Assembly (NCBI GenBank): GCA_049515535.1
Contig: JBEKTZ010000014.1
Location: 62,001-101,382, forward strand
Direction of reading: 5' to 3'
Source: Candidatus Aminicenantales bacterium
Lineage (GTDB): Bacteria > Acidobacteriota > Aminicenantia > Aminicenantales > UBA4085
Length of the DNA stretch: 39,382 nt
The notes under the pieces were generated by a model. The model was given only the letters and a program-made list of their open reading frames with translations, did not search any database and was not told the DNA's origin. Position numbers and translations under genes: made by a program. Below, piece after piece: positions 29,168-36,496 of this stretch (the first letter of the stretch is position 1; each line of letters begins with the position of its first letter).

Positions 29168-29727
29168 CCAACGGGAGAAAAGCGAACGTGAATCTGGCCA
29201 GCCGGCCCCTTCGCAATCGCCGTTTCTTTTTCGCCGTCGTCGCCGCGATGGCGGGAACTTTTATTCTCGTCGCGGCGCTCGCGACCGGATCCTTCCTGAA
29301 GAATCGGACCCGGGGCGCGTCCGCCCGCGTCTCCCTGGAGCAATTGCGACAGAAGACCCAGGAGGCGCAGAAGGAAAAGGACGCCTGGAGCGCCGAGATC
29401 CGGGAGATGACGCGGAAGGATAAAGACCGAATCGGGGCCATCAACGGTATCATCCTTTTGAAGAGCTTTTCCTGGGTCGACCTTCTGTCCAAATGCGAAG
29501 AGGCGCTTCCGCCCGCGAGTTATATTTCCTCGATAGCTCCCCTCCAGGCCAGCGAGACGAGGATCGACCTTCGGCTCCGAGTCGTATTTCCGAGCCTCGG
29601 CGACCTTTTCGCCCTCATCCAAAAATTGAACGCGCTCGGCTTCAAAAGCATTTCCGTGAAAAACGAGATTCCGCTCGCGGGACAATTGACAGCCGAAATA
29701 TCCTTCAGCCATGAAAGAACTTTTTAG
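29164..29727 (+). CDS. PilN-like protein
   Basis: VNLASRP motif, single TM, coiled coil, SWVDLLSKCEEALP. Confidence 0.7.
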   Translation: MTNGRKANVNLASRPLRNRRFFFAVVAAMAGTFILVAALATGSFLKNRTRGASARVSLEQLRQKTQEAQKEKDAWSAEIREMTRKDKDRIGAINGIILLKSFSWVDLLSKCEEALPPASYISSIAPLQASETRIDLRLRVVFPSLGDLFALIQKLNALGFKSISVKNEIPLAGQLTAEISFSHERTF

Positions 29728-30271
29728 CCTTTTAAGTATGGCGGAACGCCGGACGGCGTCCATTCTCGGCGCTGTTCTCGGCGCCGCGGCCTGTCTTTTC
29801 CTGCTGGCGGCCGTCCGGGAACATCGCGGCGCCCTGAGATCGGCCGAAGATTTGCGCTCCATGGACATCAATTACGAAACGCTCAGCCGATCGCGGACGG
29901 ACGTCAAAAAGGAACGGCAAGCCTGGGCGGACGCGGAGAAGGACATGGTGACGCTCAAAGCGAGCCGGTTCTATGACGGCCGGACGGTCGTCCGGAATCT
30001 GCGCCTCGACCTTCAGCGGATCTTCGATGCCGCGGGGATTGCCGTTTCGGACATCAATTACGGCTACCAGGAGATCGTGAAGGACAGCCTTCAAAAAGTG
30101 ACCGTGGATTTCCGGTTTTCCGGCAATTATTCGATGCTCAAGAGATTGCTGGACTTGATCGAGCGCCATCCCCGCTTCCTTCATGCGGACAAGATCGACT
30201 TTTTGAGCATCGGGAAACAGCCGGGTTTGCTCGACCTCAAGATCGGGCTCGCGGGGTACTATGAGAATTAA
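29711..30271 (+). CDS. PilO/GspM-like protein
   Basis: Single TM, coiled coil, FSGNYSMLKRLLDLIE motif. Confidence 0.7.
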   Translation: MKELFSLLSMAERRTASILGAVLGAAACLFLLAAVREHRGALRSAEDLRSMDINYETLSRSRTDVKKERQAWADAEKDMVTLKASRFYDGRTVVRNLRLDLQRIFDAAGIAVSDINYGYQEIVKDSLQKVTVDFRFSGNYSMLKRLLDLIERHPRFLHADKIDFLSIGKQPGLLDLKIGLAGYYEN

Positions 30272-30761
30272 GACGGGACTGGTTTTATGGGGGCTGGCCG
30301 GCGCCGGTCTGGTCTTGGGCTTCGGCCAGGACAAGCCTCCCACCGCCGAAAAGGCTGCCGCGGCCAAGGCTTCGAAACCCCTGATCCGAATGGACCTGCT
30401 TCAAAAAGGGGACCGGGATGCTGCCTTCGTGAAACGGGACATTTTCATTCCCCAAAGCGATCTCGGGCTCAGCGGGACGTTGTCCGCTCCCCCTGGTTTC
30501 CGAATGGCGAAGGCCGGCGCCGCCGGAGAGAGTGCCGCGGAGCCTCAAGCCTTATCTTTAAACGTGCGGTATCTCGGCTTCATCCAAAGCAAGCAGAAAA
30601 TGACCGCGCTGGTCCTGTTCGAGGGACAGGCCGTGGCCGTGGCGGAAGGCGACGCGCTCGGTCCGGCTTGGAAGGTCGTCAAGATCTCGGCTGGCCTCAT
30701 CGAGATCCAGGGGGAGGATGGAAAATCCCAGACCTTCGCCCTGGAAGGAGAACGAAAATGA
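30261..30761 (+). CDS. PilP/GspC-like periplasmic accessory protein
   Basis: Signal/TM, RDIF, YLGFI...ALV...VAEGD...WKVVKI beta domain; precedes the secretin. Confidence 0.6.
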   Translation: MRIKTGLVLWGLAGAGLVLGFGQDKPPTAEKAAAAKASKPLIRMDLLQKGDRDAAFVKRDIFIPQSDLGLSGTLSAPPGFRMAKAGAAGESAAEPQALSLNVRYLGFIQSKQKMTALVLFEGQAVAVAEGDALGPAWKVVKISAGLIEIQGEDGKSQTFALEGERK

Positions 30762-32908
30762 AGAAAATCGCGGCCATGATCGTCATAGCCCTGGGTTTGT
30801 GGGCCTGCGTCGGTCTGAATCCGTCTTACCGACAGGGCGCGCAGGCGGAAATGAACAAGCACTGGGAAGAGGCCGTTTCCTACTACGAGAAAGCGAGCCT
30901 GGAAAATCCCAAGGAGCCGGTTTATCGCCTGGCCTTGGAACGAGCGCGCTTCTCGGCCGGTCTTTTCCACGTCCAGGAAGCGCGAAAGCTCCTGGCCCTC
31001 GGCAAAAAAGAGGAGGCGAAGGCCGAATACGCCAAGGCGATTTTCTTCAACCCGCGCGACACAACGATCGCCGGCGAAGCGCGAGCGGCGGCCGCCGAGG
31101 CGCCTCAAGAGACCGCGGCCAAGAAAGATCCGTTCGAATTCCCCATCAAGCTCAAAGCCAAGGAGGACAGTCTGCAATTGAAATTCCCCGTGGAAACGAG
31201 CCTGCGCTCGATCTTCCTCGTCCTGGGAAAGACGGCCGGCGTCAGCCTTGTCTTCGACGCGCAGTTCCGCGACGTTCCGTTCACGACCGACCTCGTCAAC
31301 ATGACCTTCGTGCAGGCCCTCCGCTCGCTCTGCAACGCGACCAAGAATTTCTACCGGATCGTCGATGAACGGACCGTGCTCATCCTCCCCGACAATCCGA
31401 TGAACCGGATTCAATACGACATCAACTGCATCAAGACGTTCTACCTCTCCAACGTCTCGGCCCAGGAAATGGTGGCGTCGCTCTCGACCATGCTCCGCTC
31501 GACGGGCAAGGTCCCGTCCATCATCGCCGATAAAAACCTGAACTCGATCACCGTCCGCGACACGCCTCAGGTCGTCGAGCTCGCCGAAAAGCTCATCAAG
31601 GTCTGGGACAAGCCCAAGGGCGAAGTCGTCATCGACCTGGAGATTATGGAGGTGTCGCGAACGAAGCTGAAACAGCTCGGCGTCAGCTTCAGTTCGAACG
31701 CCGTCGGACTGATGTACGGAAGCTCGTCGACCTCCTCGACCTCTTCGAGTTGGTTGAACCTCAAGGACATCGATCTTTCCAAAGCGGAGAATTTTTCGAT
31801 CAATCTTCCCAGCGCGTCCCTCCAAATCCTGGAGTCGGATTCCGACACCAAGCTCATCGCTCAGCCCCGCCTCCGAGGCGTCTCGGACGAGGAAATCGAT
31901 AATAAGGTCGGTCAGAAGATCCCGATGCCCATGACGACGTTCTCGACGTACGCCGCGGGCGGCGTCAATAACGTGCCGATCACGAGCTACAATCAACAGG
32001 ACGTCGGCATCGAGATCAAGATCAAGCCCCAGGTCCATTTCGAAAGGGATGTGACCCTTTCGCTCGAGATCAAGGTCACCTCCCTCGGCGGCACGGGATA
32101 CGCGGATATCCCGATCATCAACAATCGGGAAATCAAGAACGTCATGCGGCTCAAAGACGGCGAGACGAACCTCATCGCCGGGCTCCTTCGGGACGAAGAG
32201 AGAAAATCCCTCAAGGGCGTTCCCTGGCTCAAGAACATCCCCGTGCTGGGCAGGCTGTTCGGAGCCGAAGACACGTCTCTCGATCAGAGCGACGTCATCC
32301 TGACCATCACGCCCTACATCATCCGGACCATCCCGGTCACGCCCAACGACGAAAAACCCCTATGGGTGGATGTCGATGAGCCGCCCTCGGGAAACGGGGT
32401 CATGGGCCTCCTCGAGGAGGAGATGCTGGGCCGGGATCTCAACGTCCGCGATGCGGAGCGGGCGCTCCAGGCCAGACGGCCGCAGGACCAAGGGGGAAAT
32501 CAAATCCAGCTCCTGCCGGCCAATTTCGACCTTCGACCCAACGTCGAATTCAGGGTCGCGGTCAATCTGCGCAGCGACCAGGAGATCGGCAATATGTCCG
32601 TGATCCTCGGCTACGATCCGAAGCTGGTGAGCCTCAAAGATGTCGCGGAGGGCGGGGTGACGCGCCAGTCCGGCGACAAGGCCCCTTTTCTCAAGAACAT
32701 CGACAATAATTCCGGGGTTTGCACGATCGGCTATTCCAGCCCGGCGAGCGGGAAGGGCTTCAAGGGAGCGGGGACGCTGGCCACGCTGGTCTTCGAGACG
32801 AAAGCCCCGGGGGAAGGCTACCTCTCCGTCGCGAATGTTTCGGCGATGAGCGCCGCCGGCGGGGCCATCAATCTGACGACCAGCCGAACCCGGATCGTCG
32901 TTCATTAA
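30758..32908 (+). CDS. Lipoprotein secretin (GspD/PilQ family) with N-terminal TPRs and a C-terminal cohesin-like domain
   Basis: Likely start ATG 30758 (ATGA overlap); lipobox LWAC; VVIDLEIMEV, QDVGIEIKIKPQV, KGVPWLKNIPVLGRLF; tail with ILGYDPKLV...GTLATLVFETKAPG. Confidence 0.9.
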   Translation: MKKIAAMIVIALGLWACVGLNPSYRQGAQAEMNKHWEEAVSYYEKASLENPKEPVYRLALERARFSAGLFHVQEARKLLALGKKEEAKAEYAKAIFFNPRDTTIAGEARAAAAEAPQETAAKKDPFEFPIKLKAKEDSLQLKFPVETSLRSIFLVLGKTAGVSLVFDAQFRDVPFTTDLVNMTFVQALRSLCNATKNFYRIVDERTVLILPDNPMNRIQYDINCIKTFYLSNVSAQEMVASLSTMLRSTGKVPSIIADKNLNSITVRDTPQVVELAEKLIKVWDKPKGEVVIDLEIMEVSRTKLKQLGVSFSSNAVGLMYGSSSTSSTSSSWLNLKDIDLSKAENFSINLPSASLQILESDSDTKLIAQPRLRGVSDEEIDNKVGQKIPMPMTTFSTYAAGGVNNVPITSYNQQDVGIEIKIKPQVHFERDVTLSLEIKVTSLGGTGYADIPIINNREIKNVMRLKDGETNLIAGLLRDEERKSLKGVPWLKNIPVLGRLFGAEDTSLDQSDVILTITPYIIRTIPVTPNDEKPLWVDVDEPPSGNGVMGLLEEEMLGRDLNVRDAERALQARRPQDQGGNQIQLLPANFDLRPNVEFRVAVNLRSDQEIGNMSVILGYDPKLVSLKDVAEGGVTRQSGDKAPFLKNIDNNSGVCTIGYSSPASGKGFKGAGTLATLVFETKAPGEGYLSVANVSAMSAAGGAINLTTSRTRIVVH

Positions 32909-32925
32909 AAGCGGAGATCCCCCGC

Positions 32926-32959
32926 AAAAAAGAGGCCATGACCCGAAGGTCACGGCCTC
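32926..32959 (-). terminator. Strong intrinsic terminator (minus strand)
   Basis: GAGGCCGTGACC-TTCG-GGTCATGGCCTC-TTTTTT: 12-bp stem with one G-U pair, cUUCGg tetraloop and U6. Confidence 0.85.
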
Positions 32960-33003
32960 GTCTCAAAATGAGAGCCGGGGCCGCTACGGTTCGGCTCCGA
33001 ACA

Positions 33004-33141
33004 CCAGCCAAGAGCAGCGAGAAGCGGGTCTATGAAGATCGTGCGGGTTGCGTACTCTTTGAGACCATCCTTGCGGTGCCCGTCGAGTTGAACGCGCAAA
33101 CGTTCAATGCACTTCACGATGTCTTTTATTTAGATCTCCAT
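33004..33141 (-). pseudogene. Fragment of an HsdR-N-like restriction endonuclease domain gene
   Basis: Manual translation MEI*IKDIVKCIERLRVQLDGHRKDGLKEYATRTIFIDPLLAALGW. E..TR..FIDPLL.ALGW motif; stop at codon 4; similarity ends abruptly. Confidence 0.6.
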
Positions 33142-33150
33142 TTCGCCTCG

Positions 33151-33549
33151 TCAGTAGTTCACATGCCATATAGAGTAGTCGTTTAGCGTCACGGAGTCCG
33201 GTGATTTCTTGTCAACACACCTGAGCCACGAGAGTTCCATCTGGAAGGTCTGGCCATCCGAGACGCGCCGAATTTTGGCAATGAGATCGTCGGATTCCAA
33301 ATCGAGAATGTCGATGAGGTCAAACTTGTCCGTATAGGACGGGTTTGTCTTCTTCATTTCCTCATATTCATTCTGGGCCCAGCCTCCGAGCACATATGGC
33401 TCTTCCCACGGGAAGTCCTCGATGCCGGTTACACGCAGAGGAAGGGAGAGATGTTTCTTGATGTGCACAAGATAGCGACGCGCGTTCTTGGGCGTCCGTT
33501 CGTTGTCGTCACCGAGTACGGCGTGAATACGCTGCACCGATTTATCCAT
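33151..33549 (-). CDS. Cassette-like hypothetical protein, possibly CcbP (calcium-binding)-like
   Basis: ATG 33549 lies 11 nt after the attC GTTAGGC core. Acidic EDFPWEEPY...EYEE and C-terminal LNDYSIWHVNY. The track's 160-aa version runs through the attC. Confidence 0.6.
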   Translation of the reverse strand: MDKSVQRIHAVLGDDNERTPKNARRYLVHIKKHLSLPLRVTGIEDFPWEEPYVLGGWAQNEYEEMKKTNPSYTDKFDLIDILDLESDDLIAKIRRVSDGQTFQMELSWLRCVDKKSPDSVTLNDYSIWHVNY

Positions 33550-33560
33550 ATGCTCTCTTT

Positions 33561-33631
33561 GCCTAACGGGGCGGCTCACCTTCGGTTTTGCCGGTTGTGG
33601 CAAAACCGTAAGGTGAAGCGGATTGTTAGAC
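33561..33631 (-). mobile_element. Integron attC recombination site (71 bp)
   Basis: Minus strand GTCTAAC-aatccg-CTTCACCTT-a-CGGTTTTGCC-acaacc-GGCAAAACCG-AAGGTGAG-ccgcccc-GTTAGGC. R'' RYYYAAC holds the upstream stop, R' is GTTRRRY, and the L boxes pair with extrahelical bases. Confidence 0.85.
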
Positions 33632-33910
33632 ATTTTTTCTTTCTCTCAGTATCCCGCGAAGATATTTATGCAAGATGCTCGAGATAAGCGTTTGATATGG
33701 CAGACCTTCTTCAACCGCTTTGGCCCGAATCCCCAATAAATCCCGTTCGGACAATCGGATGTTTATCCTTTTGTTCTTCTGAAGAGTATTGCGGGCATAC
33801 TGCCGCAATTTAGCCATTTCTTCTTCTTGGTTTCTGATCGGCTTCCACTCCCCACGCTCGTAGGATTCCAATATTCTTTTCTCTTCCGGATCAAGAATCA
33901 TTTTTTTCAT
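33626..33910 (-). CDS. Type II antitoxin (CopG/RHH, BrnA-like partner of BrnT)
   Basis: EEKRILESYERGEW...RINIRLSERDL...EEGLPYQTLISSILHKY; start overlaps the toxin stop. Confidence 0.8.
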   Translation of the reverse strand: MKKMILDPEEKRILESYERGEWKPIRNQEEEMAKLRQYARNTLQKNKRINIRLSERDLLGIRAKAVEEGLPYQTLISSILHKYLRGILRERKNV

Positions 33911-34140
33911 GGATTATCTCCTAAATATTGTTTTGTTGCCTTGCGGCTTGGAATGATGTTTTTTAGTTCAATTTCGTTGCCGTGCTGTTCGTAAGGCACC
34001 AGGAATACATATCCATCAATTTCCACTATCGCTATTTTCTGTTTGGGATATTTCGTTTGATTAGGGTTATCAACAATTTCAAGCACGTTACCATGTTCAA
34101 ATAGAACCACAATCTGTTCAAAACAAACGCCTCGCTCACA
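33907..34140 (-). pseudogene. 5'-truncated BrnT-family toxin
   Basis: ERGVCFEQIV...NPNQTKYPKQ...YVFLVPY...LKNIIPSRKATKQYL. The usual N-terminal W..EKN segment is absent, and an in-frame stop lies at 34165-34167. Confidence 0.7.
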
Positions 34141-34275
34141 TATATGAAAAGTATCGCCGCATTCTCAAAATGCGGGGGCTATCTTGTAAATCCATAGACG
34201 AAATGAGGCGGAATCTTTGTCTCGTCGCTCAAGCGATCTGCGAACACGTCTGGGGAAAGAAGTTCTACTGAAACT

Positions 34276-34747
34276 ATGAATAACGAAAAACGAGAAAACG
34301 AAATAAGAAGCTTGAAAGATAGAAATTGGTATTGGGTAAGCAAGCCCGTTATAAATCATTACGGCCGTATTCTTAGAAGCTCGGGGATCGGGGTCTATGG
34401 CCTCTTATGCGAATTCCAAGAGCCAAACTTGTTTTCCGACTCAGAAGACGATAGCGGATCGGATAGGGCTCTGCCGGGAGACAGTCAACCGGAAAGTCAA
34501 GCTGTTAGGAGAAAAACGGCTTATAAGAGTTAAGCGACTGAAGGGAAGATGCCTTTATTTTCTTTTGAGGCCAAATGTGATTTTAAATCACAGACCATGT
34601 GACGGACGGATCACAAGGTATGTGACACAGGATCACATAAACAATAATAAAGAAATAAAATTAATTAACAAGAATAACAGAACGGACGGTTTTAATGGTT
34701 TAAAACCTATCCGACAACTCCTAAAACGATATGACCAGAGAACCTAA
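34276..34747 (+). pseudogene. Frameshifted HTH replication initiator (phage replisome-organiser/ICE type)
   Basis: ORF 34276 (NWYWVSKPVINHYGRILRSSGIGVY) continues in another frame as ASYANSKSQTCFPTQKTIADRIGLCRETVNRKVKLL; shift near 34397. Confidence 0.65.
34575..34680. repeat. Three iteron-like ATGTGA-N6/7-ATCACA units plus an AT-rich tract (putative origin)
   Basis: Units start at 34575, 34597 and 34620 (22-23 bp period), followed by an A-rich tract at 34638-34680. Confidence 0.65.
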
Positions 34748-34840
34748 TAGAATATTGGGAATCAATCCAGGCACGCGCTATCTCGGGCTGGCGATATTCG
34801 ACGGCTCCAACCTTTTGGAATGGCGAGTGAAAACTATTGC
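34731..34840 (+). pseudogene. N-terminal fragment of a RuvC-like resolvase
   Basis: RILGINPGTRYLGLAIF motif; similarity stops after about 36 codons, where kinase sequence begins. Confidence 0.6.
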
Positions 34841-35709
34841 TATCCCTAAAAAGCCTGGCACCGGTCGCGATCATGACCGAACGGGTGCAACATATCTATG
34901 CGGACAATCTCGAGGAGAGGCTGCCGATCCCACACGCTCGTGACGAAATCGGCCGTTTGGCTCTGACATTCAATGATCTTCTCTCGCGCTTGCAGACCAC
35001 TTTTCAAAAAGAGCGGCAATTCATGGCCGACGCTGCCCACGAATTACGAACCCCACTCTATGTGGTGCGGACGGCAGTGGACGTCACTCTCAAGCAAGCC
35101 CGGCGGTCCGAAGCAGAATATCGTGAAGCCTTGCAGATGGTCAGCCAGCAGGAACGGCGCCTAACCTGCATCGTCGAGGACCTCTTCCTGCTCGGGTGCG
35201 CTGCCGATGGTGGCTGCCGCTTACAAACGAGCGACTTTTACTTGGATGAACTCATTCAAGATACAGTCAAAGTCATCGGAGTCCTGGCCAGAGAGAAAGG
35301 GGTCGCGATTGAAACGGTCGTCATACCGGGCACATGCTTTCATGGCGATGAGGCTCTCTTGCGCCAGATGTTGTTGAACCTATTGGATAATGCCGTAAAA
35401 TACATTCCCAGCGGGGCAAAAATAATCGTAACTTTACAGGTTATTGAAACGGCTGTATGGATCGAAGTGGCCGATAACGGCCCGGGAATCCCTTCTAAGA
35501 TGCAAGACCATATCTTTGAGCGATTCTATCGCGGTGATCAGGCAAGATCTCATCGCGACAAAGGGATGGGCGCCGGAGCCGGACTGGGGCTGCCGATCGC
35601 CCGCTGGATTGCCGAGGCCCATGGTGGCACGATCGTCTTGAGTCGCTCCGACAGCCAGGGCTCCCTCTTTTCCATCACCCTGCCACGAACCAACAGTAGC
35701 GAAAATTAA
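34837..35709 (+). pseudogene. 5'-truncated sensor histidine kinase (HAMP-HisKA-HATPase; CusS/OmpR-partner type)
   Basis: DEIGRLALTFNDLL, FMADAAHELRTPL, NLLDNAVKY, FERFYR, GAGLGL; no TM/sensor domain and no SD. Confidence 0.8.
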
Positions 35710-35730
35710 AATTCGCATCTTCCTCGGCAA

Positions 35731-35763
35731 TTTATCTTCTGTTTATCTTTCTTTTGCTAATAT
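35731..35763 (+). promoter_or_regulatory. OmpR/PhoB-type direct-repeat box plus extended -10
   Basis: TTTATCTT at 35731 and 35742 (11-bp period), followed by TG-c-TAATAT. Confidence 0.5.
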
Positions 35764-35854
35764 CTAATTGTCAGCGAAAGCGGTTCTCGGCTCGATGATC
35801 GCAAATCGGGCCAACACCGCATGTCGCTAGGCACTACAATAAAAGGAGGAATTC

Positions 35855-36334
35855 ATGAAACGTACGTATATGGTGCTGTTTGTATTCGTTTTCGTTTGTT
35901 CGGCAACATTGGCCATGGCTCAGGAAAAGAAAGCAAAGGGCAAAGTCGTACTGCCGGAAGCCGTGCTGTCCGCATTTAAAGCCGCCTATCCAAAGGCAGA
36001 AATCAAAACTGTGAGCAAGGAAACCAACAAGGGTGTAACCTATTATGAAGTCGAGAGTATCGACGACAAACAGCAGCGGGACATCCTCTATACAGCGGAT
36101 GGCAAGGCCGTCGAGGTCGAGGAAGCCATCGTTCCGGGGGCTCTTCTCCCCGCGGTCCTGCAAGCTCTCGCCAAAGCTTATCCCGGCTACAAGATCCTCA
36201 AGGCCGAAGGCCTCGTCAAGGGCGGCCAGAAATTTTTCGAACTGCATATATAGTTGAAAGGCAAGAAAAAAGAGGTTACCTTCGATGCCTACGGAAAGAT
36301 GATCGAAAAACCGGCCAGTGAGGAAAAGGATTAG
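35855..36334 (+). pseudogene. Periplasmic PepSY-like/BLIP-like repeat protein interrupted by an in-frame TAG at 36251
   Basis: Signal peptide; two LP.AV..A....YP repeats; the frame continues after TAG as LKGKKKEVTFDAYGKMIEKPASEEKD*; SD AAGGAGG. Confidence 0.7.
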
Positions 36335-36496
36335 TCGAACTATTGCCAAAATAATAAGAATAGCCTAATATTATTAAAAAATGGCTCAAATTGATTTTGC
36401 TCTCAATTTGGATTTTTTTAGCACCTGTCCGGAACTTGGAGCACATTTTACAGTTCCGGGAGTCCTCCTGCCGCCGCGGTGGTGTAAAACTCATTT

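Noticed and set aside
30287..30757. 157-aa N-terminal extension of the secretin
   Set aside because: It overlaps the PilP-like gene; the lipoprotein signal begins at ATG 30758.
206..32953. Many long antisense or alternate-frame ORFs (e.g. 206-1189, 8684-10480, 16324-18249, 26599-28029, 30545-32038)
   Set aside because: They shadow well-supported genes, have no recognisable motifs and are expected in high-GC coding DNA.
32960..33005. tRNA or tmRNA 3' end as an att site
   Set aside because: No T-arm with correct geometry and no CCA end; kept only as an unidentified structured segment.
34576..34637. CRP/FNR boxes or a mini-CRISPR
   Set aside because: TGTGA-TCACA spacers are 7-8 nt rather than 6 and lie within a gene; the units are too short and lack unique spacers or cas genes.
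36251..36253. Genome-wide TAG recoding
   Set aside because: TAG terminates several conserved genes here at their expected ends (glnA, kdpA, the NtrC-type regulator).
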